A stretch of 64,000 bases of DNA from Candidatus Planktophila sp. (GCA_009691145.1 SHVG01000001.1:13308-77307), one strand, 5' to 3'; shown: positions 20,549 through 30,310, numbered from the stretch's first letter. The notes: a model not told the origin generated them from the letters alone. Program-made: numbers and translations.

Positions 20549-20848
20549 TTACGCAGTGCGACGCTTTAAGCGACGACGTTCGCGCTCGGATAGTCCGCCC
20601 CAGATTCCAAAACGCTCGTCATGTGCGAGTGCGTACTCCAAGCACTCAGAACGAACATCGCAGGAGAGGCATACGCGCTTTGCTTCGCGCGTTGAGCCAC
20701 CCTTTTCAGGAAAGAAAGCTTCTGGATCGGTTTGAGCACAGAGTGCGCGCTCTTGCCAGGAGAGTTCGAGGTTCTCTCCGCTAGCAAGGGTTATTTTTGG
20801 ACCAGATGTGGGGGTCGGGGGGTTCGTGGCTTCAGGTCGGATCGGCAT
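20549..20848 (-). CDS. whiB: WhiB-family transcription factor, WhiB/WhiB2 type
   Basis: WQERALCAQTDPEAFFPEKGGSTREAKRVC...GIWGGLSERERRRLK. Confidence 0.97.
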   Translation of the reverse strand: MPIRPEATNPPTPTSGPKITLASGENLELSWQERALCAQTDPEAFFPEKGGSTREAKRVCLSCDVRSECLEYALAHDERFGIWGGLSERERRRLKRRTA

Positions 20849-20907
20849 ACCGATTCTCCTTAATAGCTCTGTGTCTGATCCCTCTTGGAAAAGACTTCCT
20901 TAAGAGT

Positions 20908-20938
20908 GAATTACACGCGTGTAACTCGAAGATGTCAA
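20908..20938 (-). promoter_or_regulatory. sigmaA-type promoter of whiB with an embedded 14-bp palindrome
   Basis: Minus strand TTGACA (20938-20933), a 17-nt spacer, then TGTAAT. Perfect palindrome TTACACGCGTGTAA at 20911-20924. Confidence 0.7.
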
Positions 20939-20976
20939 GTTAAATGAGTGCTCAGATCGGCCTAAATATCAGAAAT

Positions 20977-21984
20977 TTACGCTGGAATAGAGAGAATCTC
21001 ATCCTTTGTGACAAATGAGGCCGATATCTCGGCATTTTCACCTACATGCGAGGCCGATGCGATAAATGAATCGATAATGATCGCGCCTTTACCGACGAGG
21101 GCCCCACTATCAATAATTGAGCCAGAGATATGAGCACCTGCGCCAATGGTTGCACCTGCGCCAATGCACGATCCCTTATCAATAATCGCACTAGCATCGA
21201 CAGTAGCCGTTCTCATTATTAAAGAGTGCTCGTTATGGAGTGCAACATCGGCCATGTGTAGGGCCGATGCATCGGCACGACCAGTTACTAAATCACGTGA
21301 TCCTTGTAATAAGGCTTTAGGTGTTCCAATATCGAGCCAGTAGGACCCGTCGATGAAGCCAAATACTTTTCCGTGAGCAGCAATGAGCCGGGGGAAAGTT
21401 TCACGCTCCACGCTAATTACTGTATTGAGCGGAATATCTTTAACAACGCTTGGATTAAATACATAGCAGCCAGCGTTAATGGTATTAGCGATTGGCTTAT
21501 CCATTTTTTCTAGGAAAGCAGTGACTCGGCCATCTGAATCGGTTAGAACGCAGCCATATGTGCGAGCATCCTCGACTGCAGTTAAGTGCAGAGTTACATC
21601 GGCGGCATTAGCTTCGTGTTGGCGGATTTGTTCGGCCAGATTGTGCGAGCTTAAAACATCGCCATTGAAGACAACTATCGACTCATGTGTATCTAACAAC
21701 TGCGCAGCATTTGCAATTGCACCGCCAGTACCAAGAGGCTCTTTTTCAACGGCATACAACAACTTCATCCCCCATTTAGAGCCATCACCAAAATATGGAA
21801 TAAATAGCTCGGATAAATACGAGGTTGCAAGTACAACGGTTGTAATACCAGCCTTGCGCGCCATCGCTAATTGATGCTCTGTAACCGGTAATCCAGCGAC
21901 AGTGAGCATGGGTTTAGGTATGTGCTTTGTTAGTGGCATCAGACGTGTGCCAAAGCCGCCGACTAAAAGAACTCCTACGGCCAT
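20977..21984 (-). CDS. Mannose-1-phosphate guanylyltransferase / NDP-sugar pyrophosphorylase
   Basis: LVGGFGTRLMPLT...PKPML, EPLGTGG, WLDIGTP and hexapeptide repeats. Confidence 0.9.
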   Translation of the reverse strand: MAVGVLLVGGFGTRLMPLTKHIPKPMLTVAGLPVTEHQLAMARKAGITTVVLATSYLSELFIPYFGDGSKWGMKLLYAVEKEPLGTGGAIANAAQLLDTHESIVVFNGDVLSSHNLAEQIRQHEANAADVTLHLTAVEDARTYGCVLTDSDGRVTAFLEKMDKPIANTINAGCYVFNPSVVKDIPLNTVISVERETFPRLIAAHGKVFGFIDGSYWLDIGTPKALLQGSRDLVTGRADASALHMADVALHNEHSLIMRTATVDASAIIDKGSCIGAGATIGAGAHISGSIIDSGALVGKGAIIIDSFIASASHVGENAEISASFVTKDEILSIPA

Positions 21985-21988
21985 TGTT

Positions 21989-23053
21989 TTAAGCCTTCAA
22001 ACGTGAAACTGCATCGCTAATCTGAGCATCGGTAGATGTCATGGCGATGCGTATAAATCGAGCACCGGCAGCTCCATAAAAGCTACCAGGCGTAGTTAGG
22101 ATTCCGCGTTGGGCCAGCCACTCAACACTTGTCCATGCATCCTCATCGCGCGTGCACCATAGGTATAAACCTGAGTTACTGAACTCGATGCGAAAGCCAA
22201 CGGCCTCTAGCGCAGGGCGCAGTGCATCGCGTCTAGCGTTATAGCGTGCACGCTGCTGTGCAACATGGGTCTCATCTGCAAGTGCAACGGTCATCGCTTT
22301 TTGTACAGGTAGTGGCACCATCATTCCACCATGCTTGCGCAGTTCGCGGATTCGAGCAATAAGAGCCGAGTCACCGATCATAAAAGCTGCACGATATCCA
22401 GCCATAGACGAACGCTTTGATAAAGAGTGCACCGCCAAAATATTTCTGTTATCTCCCCCGGTTTGAGATAGAACTGAGAACGAAGTTGCAGTGTGATCGA
22501 ACTCAACATAACACTCATCTGAAACCAAAATCGCATCATTACTACGTGCCCATGTAATCGCCGCCTGAACTTGGCTAACGGTATGTACGCGGCCCGTCGG
22601 GTTAGATGGCGAGTTAATCCACGCTAAATCAGCGGCGGGCCATTGCCTAGCATCGATATCAACTGGAATCGACTGAGCCTTGGCAATTAATGCACCCACG
22701 TGATATGTCGGATATGCAATCTCTGGAATTAATACCGTACCTGACTCAAGAATTGTCGGGAGCCATGCCACTAACTCTTTCGAGCCAATTAATGGCAGTA
22801 CATCGAAATCACCCGTTGCGCCTAATCTATCTATCGCCCATTTTCTTATCCCTTGGCGAAGCTCTGGTGTACCGGCGGTGACTGGATAGCTCGGGGAGTT
22901 AGAAGCATCCCGGAAAGCCTTTTGAATAAACTCTGGCGTTGGATCAACTGGTGTACCTACAGATAGGTCGATGATTCCATCTTTATGCGAGCGCGCAATC
23001 TCTTCAAAAGGCGCTAATGCATCCCAAGGAAAATCTGGGAGTTGCCCGCGCAA
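21989..23053 (-). CDS. dapC: Succinyldiaminopimelate transaminase
   Basis: LPDFPWD, DLSVGTPVD, SDECY and SLSKRS PLP motif; downstream of fdxA. Confidence 0.93.
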   Translation of the reverse strand: MRGQLPDFPWDALAPFEEIARSHKDGIIDLSVGTPVDPTPEFIQKAFRDASNSPSYPVTAGTPELRQGIRKWAIDRLGATGDFDVLPLIGSKELVAWLPTILESGTVLIPEIAYPTYHVGALIAKAQSIPVDIDARQWPAADLAWINSPSNPTGRVHTVSQVQAAITWARSNDAILVSDECYVEFDHTATSFSVLSQTGGDNRNILAVHSLSKRSSMAGYRAAFMIGDSALIARIRELRKHGGMMVPLPVQKAMTVALADETHVAQQRARYNARRDALRPALEAVGFRIEFSNSGLYLWCTRDEDAWTSVEWLAQRGILTTPGSFYGAAGARFIRIAMTSTDAQISDAVSRLKA

Positions 23054-23058
23054 AAAAC

Positions 23059-23379
23059 TTACTCGCTCTTTGGAGGAAGGGCGGCTATGTGTGCGTGATC
23101 TGAATTGGTTGGACCCATCTTGGCTGCGCCACCAGGAGATCCAATCTCAATGAAGAACTCGGTATTAATCTTTAATGAGTCTTTCCACTGGGGTGGGACA
23201 TCGTCTTCGTAGTAGATAGCTTCCACGGGACAGACGGGTTCGCAGGCACCGCAGTCGACGCACTCGTCGGGCTGGATATACAACATGCGGGAGCCTTCGT
23301 AGATGCAGTCCACGGGACATTCATCGATGCAGGACTTATCTTTCACATCGACACATGGCTCTGCGATTATGTAGGTCAC
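23059..23379 (-). CDS. fdxA: 7Fe ferredoxin
   Basis: TYIIAEPCVDVKDKSCIDECPVDCIY...CVDCGACEPVCP. GTG start at 23379 with SD GGAGG. Confidence 0.96.
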   Translation of the reverse strand: MTYIIAEPCVDVKDKSCIDECPVDCIYEGSRMLYIQPDECVDCGACEPVCPVEAIYYEDDVPPQWKDSLKINTEFFIEIGSPGGAAKMGPTNSDHAHIAALPPKSE

Positions 23380-23476
23380 GGTACTGCCTCCAGATATTAT
23401 TGAAATGGCCTGAGATGATTCTAATCGCATAGGCCTTGTCGCGCGCGATATTGAAGTAAAGGTTTATCGTTGTGCC

Positions 23477-23677
23477 ATGGCCAGTGAGCTCCAAGGGCGA
23501 TTCGAAGCCTTAATCGGCAAGCGCCTAACCATTCGCCTGCATGATCCAGAGGGTGGCTTCCGCGACATTGTCGGGATTTTAGAGAGTACGAACTCATTAC
23601 GTAACCGGCACGGGCGACTCATTGAGTTCTCTCACGATGAAATCTTTATCTGGCGAGAAGTGATCGCCCAACCATGA
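23477..23677 (+). CDS. Small beta-rich hypothetical protein (resembles the N-terminal domain of fdxA-adjacent GNAT proteins)
   Basis: IGKRLTIR...GFRDIVGILE...R.G. Leaderless start (TATCGT-N6-ATG); ATGA overlap with cysS. Confidence 0.65.
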   Translation: MASELQGRFEALIGKRLTIRLHDPEGGFRDIVGILESTNSLRNRHGRLIEFSHDEIFIWREVIAQP

Positions 23678-25041
23678 CACTTTCAATCTATGACACGTTA
23701 AGCCGCACCGTTAAGGCCATCTCATCAAGTAAGCCAACAACGAGCATGTACTGCTGCGGTCCTACCGTGTATCGCGATGCCCATGTTGGCAATCTACGGA
23801 CCTTCATACTCTCAGATCTCATACGTCGAACAATTGAGATATCCGGCGGGTCTGTCCGGCTTATTCAAAATATTACCGATGTCGGTCACATATCTGAAGA
23901 TGTAGTTGGTCAGGACAAGATATTGTCCCAGGCTGCTGTTGAAAAGAAAGATCCATTTGATATTGCGCGGGTGTATGAAGCTAAGTTCCATGCAGATTTA
24001 GCACTACTCAATGTAATAGCTGCCGATGAGTATCCCCGTGCCAGCCAGTCAATCGATCTCATGATTGCAATGATCACCGAGTTAATTGCCAAGGGCTTTG
24101 CCTACGTTGGTAGCGATAGTTCGGTCTACTTTGATGCACGAGCATTTGAAAGTTACGGACAGATCAGTGGCAACCGTTTAGATGCTCTCAAACCAGGCTA
24201 TCGCTACGAATACACCGATGAGAGCGGAAAGCGTTTTCATGCAGATTGGGCGCTATGGAAAACGGCTGAAGAGCGCACACAGATGATCTGGGACTCACCG
24301 TGGGGCTTCGGGTTTCCCGGTTGGCATATCGAGTGCTCGGCGATGTCCATGCAGTTTTTGCATAACCATGTCGATTTACATGTAGGTGGGATCGATCTGC
24401 GTTTTCCTCACCATGAGAACGAGCGGGCACAGTCCAACGCCTCGATTGGTAATGAAACCGTTGATTTATGGGTCCATGGCGAGCATCTTTTATTTGAGGG
24501 ACGCAAGATGTCTAAAAGCTCAGGAAATGTCGTACTGCTATCAGATGTAGTTTCAAGAGGTTTAGATCCTCTAGCTCTGCGCCTTTGCTTTCTTGAAAAT
24601 CGATTCCGCTCGCAGATGGATTTAACGTGGGCATCTATTGAAAGCGCAAATGCAACACTGACTAAGTGGCGCAAAAAAATGACGCAGTGGGGTGGGTCGT
24701 CCAAGAAGGTAGTGGATCAAGAGTTCCTTGATGCTATGGAAAATGATCTCGATGCACCCCGTGCGCTCCAGCGTATCCGTGCAGTAGAAAAAAGTAGTCA
24801 GATTTCAGATGCCGATAAGCGAGCTATCTTCATGTATGCCGATAAGCTCCTGGCTTTGGATTTATCACGACGGAAAATAAGTAGAAGCATCTCCAAGGAG
24901 CAACAAAGCCTTTTGAATGCGCGAATTACCGCTCGCAAAGAAAGGCGTTGGGGCGATAGCGATGCATTGCGCGCCGAATTAGAGGCAAGTGGTCTAGAGA
25001 TTAGCGATAGTGCAACTGGACAAGAGTGGAGTTGGCGCTAG
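23674..25041 (+). CDS. cysS: Cysteine--tRNA ligase
   Basis: CGPTVY..AHVGN, PGWHIECSAM, DLRFPHHENE, KMSKS and a C-terminal anticodon-binding helical domain. Confidence 0.92.
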   Translation: MTLSIYDTLSRTVKAISSSKPTTSMYCCGPTVYRDAHVGNLRTFILSDLIRRTIEISGGSVRLIQNITDVGHISEDVVGQDKILSQAAVEKKDPFDIARVYEAKFHADLALLNVIAADEYPRASQSIDLMIAMITELIAKGFAYVGSDSSVYFDARAFESYGQISGNRLDALKPGYRYEYTDESGKRFHADWALWKTAEERTQMIWDSPWGFGFPGWHIECSAMSMQFLHNHVDLHVGGIDLRFPHHENERAQSNASIGNETVDLWVHGEHLLFEGRKMSKSSGNVVLLSDVVSRGLDPLALRLCFLENRFRSQMDLTWASIESANATLTKWRKKMTQWGGSSKKVVDQEFLDAMENDLDAPRALQRIRAVEKSSQISDADKRAIFMYADKLLALDLSRRKISRSISKEQQSLLNARITARKERRWGDSDALRAELEASGLEISDSATGQEWSWR

Positions 25042-25349
25042 GCCGGAAGCAGTATTGCAAGAAGTAAGATTAAAAAACCCCCATTGATAAGTGAGACCCC
25101 GGTGGCAGTTCCTCTGATTAAATACTCATCACTTGCCCCAGGAAAACCTGCGCGTAGTACAACGCTCATCCACACACAACTTGCAATGATGCGTAAATTG
25201 CGCCCTCCCCACATACGGCCAATACTCCAGACTCCAGCACAGGTTGCAGCAAAACTTAAAAGTAATCCAAATGGCGGCAGGGATGAATGCAAAAACACCG
25301 AGCCGGCCCCTAGAGCGGCACCGAAAATAACGGCGAAAATAAAGTGCAT
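25038..25349 (-). CDS. Small membrane protein (DUF6113-like)
   Basis: About four hydrophobic helices; downstream of mshB as in other actinobacteria. The start is uncertain. Confidence 0.65.
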   Translation of the reverse strand: MHFIFAVIFGAALGAGSVFLHSSLPPFGLLLSFAATCAGVWSIGRMWGGRNLRIIASCVWMSVVLRAGFPGASDEYLIRGTATGVSLINGGFLILLLAILLPA

Positions 25350-26203
25350 TAGAGCGAAATTCCAGAGGTTAAGTCGCACTCACGACCATTGCTATCAAAG
25401 GGTGGGGATTTTTTACCACGTACGAGTGTGTAGTACTCGTGCCCCCAAAGCGCAAGACCTAAGTTATTAGACAGAGCAAAGAAAGGACCATCGAGTGCAA
25501 TCTGAGTTGCATGGGCCTTCATCGCATCCATCTTGGCATCGACGAACTCATTACCATCGATCAAAGTTGTCACAAATGAATCATCTTTTGCAAAAGCTAT
25601 ATCATCGACATTATCACTACCAAAGAAATCAGAGCCAACTTCCTTCATGGCATCCATGCCCGCTGCAATTACCGACTTCGGCATAGTGTTCCAATAAATC
25701 TTCTGTATCTGCCACTTCGAAAGCTGGCTTGCCCGCATCGCAACGAGGTGGGCTTTAATGTGATCGGGATGGCCATAGCCACCAATTTCGTCGTAGGTAA
25801 TCAGAATATGGGGCTTGATCTCGTCAATGATTGTTACCAGCAGATGTGCAGCGGTATCGAGATCTGCCTGCCAAAAAACATCGGGGCGATTATTAGTTTC
25901 GATTCCCATCATTCCACTATCCCGAAAACTACCTAAGAAGCGGTGGTCACGTACTCCGAGTGCAAGCATGGCGTTAGTGAGTTCGATTTCGCGGTGTGCA
26001 CCAAGTCCATCATCGTTGCCGCTAGCAAGGTGAGAGAGTCCAGGAACAAGGACTTCGCCTTCTTCGCCCCGAGTGCAGGTAACAAGTGTGACCTGGGCAC
26101 CCCGCGCGGCATACAACGCCATGGTTGCGCCATTATTAATCGTTTCATCATCGGGGTGGGCATGCACCAAGAGAATGCGATAACCCGTATATGAATCTCT
26201 CAT
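25349..26203 (-). CDS. mshB: GlcNAc-Ins deacetylase (mycothiol biosynthesis)
   Basis: LLVHAHPDDET, CTRGEEGEV, RDSGMMG, GGYGHPDH, AHATQI and FALSNN. Confidence 0.93.
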   Translation of the reverse strand: MRDSYTGYRILLVHAHPDDETINNGATMALYAARGAQVTLVTCTRGEEGEVLVPGLSHLASGNDDGLGAHREIELTNAMLALGVRDHRFLGSFRDSGMMGIETNNRPDVFWQADLDTAAHLLVTIIDEIKPHILITYDEIGGYGHPDHIKAHLVAMRASQLSKWQIQKIYWNTMPKSVIAAGMDAMKEVGSDFFGSDNVDDIAFAKDDSFVTTLIDGNEFVDAKMDAMKAHATQIALDGPFFALSNNLGLALWGHEYYTLVRGKKSPPFDSNGRECDLTSGISL

Positions 26204-27354
26204 TAATACACCGTACATGTCGGATCAATGTGCTTAGCCCAAGCAAGAACGCCGCCCTCAACATGTATTGCATCGCTAAAGCCAGCGTTTTTCAATATAG
26301 AAAGCGATGTTGCAGATCGCACACCCGAGTGGCAGTGCACGATGACCTGCCTATCTCGTGGCATTAGTGCGATTGCACTGCCATCTACAAATCGCGAGAG
26401 CGGAATCAGAACCGAGCCAGGGATGCGTACGATCTCAAACTCATGTGGTTCTCGCACATCTACTAATAGAAAATCATCTCCCTTATCCATCTTCGCCTTA
26501 AGTTCAAAAACATTGATCTGTGATGCAACAACTGGCGCGCAAAACGCCTCATAATCTTCGAGTAGGCCACGTTGAGTTGGATTATCTGCGCACATTACAC
26601 ACGCTGGATCTTTCGAAACTTTGATAGTGCGATAACTCATAGCTAGAGCGTCATAAACCATGAGCCAACCAATAAGTGGTTCACCGATTCCGGTAATGAG
26701 TTTGATCGCCTCTGTGGCTTGAATCGATCCAATCGATGCACACAACACTCCTAAAACTCCAGCTTCGGCGCAGTTGGGAGTATTAGCCGCTGGCTCTGGG
26801 TGAAGGCAGCGATAGCAAGGGCCATATTCAGCGAAGAAAACACTCGCCTGTCCATCGAAGCGAAGCACAGAGCCCCAAATATATGGCTTCTTTAAAAGTA
26901 CGCAGGCATCGTTAATCAAATATCGCGTAGCAAAATTATCGGTACCATCAATAATTAAATCATAACCTTTAAATATCTCCAGCACATTTGATGTATCTAA
27001 ACGCACTTCATGTGTGACTACTTCTACAAAGGGATTAATCTCAGCGATCTTCGCCTTTGCACTTTGCGTCTTGCTTCTGCCAATATCGCTCTGCCCATGA
27101 ATAATTTGCCGCGCAAGATTTGATTCATCGACCGTATCAAACTCAACAATGCCAAGTGTTCCAACGCCTGCAGCCGCTAAATACATTAAAATCGGTGACC
27201 CTAAACCGCCCGCACCGACGCAGACAACTCTGGCGCCCTTGAGTCTTTGTTGACCCATTGATGAGAGCTGCGGAATAACCGTATGACGGCTGTATCGACG
27301 CATCTCATCGGCGCTTAGCGCGGGCATCGAATCTACCAACGGAGGGATTTTCAT
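26203..27354 (-). CDS. moeB: MoeB/MoeZ adenylyltransferase-sulfurtransferase (ThiF plus rhodanese)
   Basis: RYSRH, VGAGGLGS, GPCYRC, NCAEAGVLG and rhodanese HCHSGVRS. Confidence 0.93.
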   Translation of the reverse strand: MKIPPLVDSMPALSADEMRRYSRHTVIPQLSSMGQQRLKGARVVCVGAGGLGSPILMYLAAAGVGTLGIVEFDTVDESNLARQIIHGQSDIGRSKTQSAKAKIAEINPFVEVVTHEVRLDTSNVLEIFKGYDLIIDGTDNFATRYLINDACVLLKKPYIWGSVLRFDGQASVFFAEYGPCYRCLHPEPAANTPNCAEAGVLGVLCASIGSIQATEAIKLITGIGEPLIGWLMVYDALAMSYRTIKVSKDPACVMCADNPTQRGLLEDYEAFCAPVVASQINVFELKAKMDKGDDFLLVDVREPHEFEIVRIPGSVLIPLSRFVDGSAIALMPRDRQVIVHCHSGVRSATSLSILKNAGFSDAIHVEGGVLAWAKHIDPTCTVY

Positions 27355-27449
27355 AGAAGGCTAATTCTGCCGTAGTCGCCCCTGTGTCGCTACTTTTTTG
27401 GAGGCTAAGTATTGGCACAAAAGATGAGATGCCCCCTACGATTGCACCA

Positions 27450-28061
27450 ATGACTACTGCAGCTACATCTGATAAAGCGCGTTTGCCTCGAGATGAGCGC
27501 CGTGCGCTCCTGCTATCGGCTGCCCTTGAGGTCTTCACTATCGCTGGTTATCACTCTGCAGCCATGGATGAGATCGCCGATCGCGCAAACGTCAGTAAGC
27601 CAGTTTTGTATCAGCACTTTCCTTCCAAGCTCGAACTCTATTTAGCTGTTCTTGATCTGCACATCGACTCACTTGTTTTTGAAATTCAAAGAGCGATCGC
27701 ATCGACACCAGATAATGCAAATCGCGTGCATGCAACTGTTGATGCTTACTTTGCCTTCATTGAAAAAGACGGTGAAGCATTTCGATTGCTATTTGAAAGT
27801 GACATGAGTGTCGAACCATCTGTTCGCGAGCGACTCAATCGCATGACATACGACTGTGCAGCCGCGGCCAGTGCCGTTATCTCACTCAATACCGGGCTTC
27901 CCCGAGAGGCTTCAATGCTGCTGGGGGTCGGAATGATTGGTTATGCCCAAGTCACAGCACGCCATTGGTTAGACCGAGACAGCACATTGACTCGCGAACA
28001 AGCAGTAGAGCTCGTTAACAACATGATGTGGAGAGGTATTTCTGGTTTTCCACGCAATTAA
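27450..28061 (+). CDS. TetR/AcrR-family regulator (Rv3208-like)
   Basis: AMDEIADRANVSKPVLYQHFPSKLELY HTH. Leaderless start at 27450. Confidence 0.92.
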   Translation: MTTAATSDKARLPRDERRALLLSAALEVFTIAGYHSAAMDEIADRANVSKPVLYQHFPSKLELYLAVLDLHIDSLVFEIQRAIASTPDNANRVHATVDAYFAFIEKDGEAFRLLFESDMSVEPSVRERLNRMTYDCAAAASAVISLNTGLPREASMLLGVGMIGYAQVTARHWLDRDSTLTREQAVELVNNMMWRGISGFPRN

Positions 28062-28081
28062 AGGCCGATAGGATTAACCCT

Positions 28082-28339
28082 ATGAACGTTAAGAAGAATG
28101 AAGTCGCTGTGAAATCAGAGGTCCGCATCGCTGTTACTCGCGTTGCTAGCGACATCGTTTTTGAGAGCGCAATGAGCACAACGGATATTAAGAACGCAGT
28201 CACTGAGGCGCTGGTATCTGGCAAGCCACTTACCTTAAGTGATGTGCGCGGCCATGAGATTATCGTTCCGGCAGACAAGATTGGTTTCGTCGAAGTCGGC
28301 GAATCGCCATCGCGTCGTGTCGGCTTCGGCGCCGCATAA
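28082..28339 (+). CDS. DUF3107-family protein
   Basis: EVRIAV...LTLSDVRG..IIVP.DKIGFVEVG...RRVGF. Confidence 0.85.
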   Translation: MNVKKNEVAVKSEVRIAVTRVASDIVFESAMSTTDIKNAVTEALVSGKPLTLSDVRGHEIIVPADKIGFVEVGESPSRRVGFGAA

Positions 28340-28340
28340 C

Positions 28341-29693
28341 GTGTCACTGACCTTCGCCGAGCTTGCACTTCGCCCACAAACTATTGAGGCGCTGCATGCC
28401 CATGGATTCACTGCACCCTTTGCAATTCAAGAGATGGTTCTGCCCATCGCACTTGATGATGGCGATGTCATTGGACAAGCAAAGACAGGTACAGGGAAAA
28501 CCTTAGCCTTTGGAATTCCAGTTATCGAACGCGTCATTGCCCCGCATGATCCCGAGTGGGCAGATTTTGCAACCAAGGGAATGCCACAGGTATTAATCGT
28601 TGTTCCGACTCGCGAACTGTGCACGCAGGTCACGCGCGATATCGAAGAGCTAGCTAGCAACCGTGGAATCCGCACATTGGCCGTTTACGGTGGACGCGCA
28701 TTCGAACCTCAGATCGAGGCGCTGCAAACCGGAGTTGAAATAGTTGTCGGAACTCCAGGGCGATTATTAGATCTATCTCGGCAAGGCCAGTTAAAGTTGA
28801 AAGAGGTTTCACGTCTTGTCTTAGATGAGGCCGATGAAATGTTAGATCTTGGCTTCTTGCCCGATGTTGAAAAGATTTTGGCAAATACTCCCAAGCGCAC
28901 ACAGACAATGCTTTTTTCAGCGACGATGCCTGGAGACATTATCGCCCTAGCTAGACGCTTTATGAATCAACCGATTCATATTCGCACGCAAGATAGCGAA
29001 GATGAGGGCGCAGTCGTAAAAAGCGTCGAACAACATGTTCTGCGCGCACATGCCATGGATAAGATTGAAATGCTCGCCCGTATTTTGCAGGCCGATGGGC
29101 GTGGACCGACAATTGTTTTCTGTCGTACAAAGCGCACCTGCCAAAAGACGGCCGATGATCTTATTGAGCGTGGATTTAGAGCCGACGCGATCCATGGCGA
29201 CCTTGGCCAAGGTGCGCGCGAAAAAGCCTTAGGTGATTTCAAAGCCGGTAAGTCAGATGTTCTCGTTGCAACCGATGTCGCCGCACGTGGAATCGATATT
29301 GAAGGAATCACTCACGTGATTAACTATCAATGTCCAGAGGATGAGAAAACATATGTCCACCGCATTGGACGTACTGCCCGTGCCGGCGCAGATGGAATCG
29401 CCGTGACATTTGTTGATTGGGACGAGCTCGCGCGTTGGAAAATGATTAATCAAGTTCTCGAACTTGGATTGGCCGAGCCCGAAGAGACCTACTCATCATC
29501 GCCACATCTCTTTGAGGTTCTTAATATTCCTACTGGCTCAACTGGCCGCATGGTTAAAGCTAAGCCAGTTGTACGTGTCGAAAGCAAAGGCTCATCTGCA
29601 CCACGCAGAGATGCAGCCCCGCGCAAAGCCGCACCACCCAAGGAAAAAGTTGAGCGAACTCGTTCAAGGACTAAGAAGTTCAAAGAAAGCTAA
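28341..29693 (+). CDS. DEAD-box RNA helicase
   Basis: AKTGTGKT, PTREL, GTPGR, DEAD, SAT and HRIGRTAR motifs; GTG start at 28341. Confidence 0.96.
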   Translation: MSLTFAELALRPQTIEALHAHGFTAPFAIQEMVLPIALDDGDVIGQAKTGTGKTLAFGIPVIERVIAPHDPEWADFATKGMPQVLIVVPTRELCTQVTRDIEELASNRGIRTLAVYGGRAFEPQIEALQTGVEIVVGTPGRLLDLSRQGQLKLKEVSRLVLDEADEMLDLGFLPDVEKILANTPKRTQTMLFSATMPGDIIALARRFMNQPIHIRTQDSEDEGAVVKSVEQHVLRAHAMDKIEMLARILQADGRGPTIVFCRTKRTCQKTADDLIERGFRADAIHGDLGQGAREKALGDFKAGKSDVLVATDVAARGIDIEGITHVINYQCPEDEKTYVHRIGRTARAGADGIAVTFVDWDELARWKMINQVLELGLAEPEETYSSSPHLFEVLNIPTGSTGRMVKAKPVVRVESKGSSAPRRDAAPRKAAPPKEKVERTRSRTKKFKES

Positions 29694-30310
29694 GCTGCTG
29701 TAAATACTCGAATCGCATCTACAAGCATCTGCACTGCAATCGCGGCGAGTAATAAACCGGCAATTCGAGCTACCAAAGTAACTCCAGCCTCTTTAATCAC
29801 TTTTAAGATCATTGTTGATGCCATCAAGGCCACTGCGATTGCAATATGAACCCCAACAACGGCGGCAATTAATCCGATAATCCGTGAAGGTGTATCGGCG
29901 CTTTGCACGAAGATCATCGTTGCAACGATTGCACCTGGACCTGCAAGCAGCGGTGTTCCGAGCGGGACTAATGCAATGTTTCCATCAGACTTCGCCCCTT
30001 TACCGCCGCCTGTGCCACCAGTTAATAAATCAAGTGAGATAATAAGCAAGAGCAGTGCGCCTGCAGCTTGCAAAGCGGCCATGGAGATATTGAGATAACT
30101 CAGAATAAAGCGGCCAAATAAAGCAAAGAGCGTAATGACAGAGAAAGAAACTGCCGCGGCTTTAATAGCTAGAACTCTTCGCTCTTTAGGTGACTTCTGT
30201 GCAACTAGTGCTAAAAATATAGGTGTGGCACCTGGTGGATCCATGATTACAAAGAGGGTCACAAAGGATTGAATTGCAAATGTAAGTGCGCTGATTTGAA
30301 CTGCCTTCAT
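29690..30310 (-). CDS. marC: MarC-family membrane protein
   Basis: LFVIMDPPG, VPLGTPLLAGPGAI and RIAGLLLAAIAVQM. Confidence 0.92.
   Translation of the reverse strand: MKAVQISALTFAIQSFVTLFVIMDPPGATPIFLALVAQKSPKERRVLAIKAAAVSFSVITLFALFGRFILSYLNISMAALQAAGALLLLIISLDLLTGGTGGGKGAKSDGNIALVPLGTPLLAGPGAIVATMIFVQSADTPSRIIGLIAAVVGVHIAIAVALMASTMILKVIKEAGVTLVARIAGLLLAAIAVQMLVDAIRVFTAA

Noticed and set aside
23674-25041. Calling the ligase mshC because mshB is adjacent
   Set aside because: It has the CysRS CGPTVY motif and an anticodon-binding domain, which MshC lacks.
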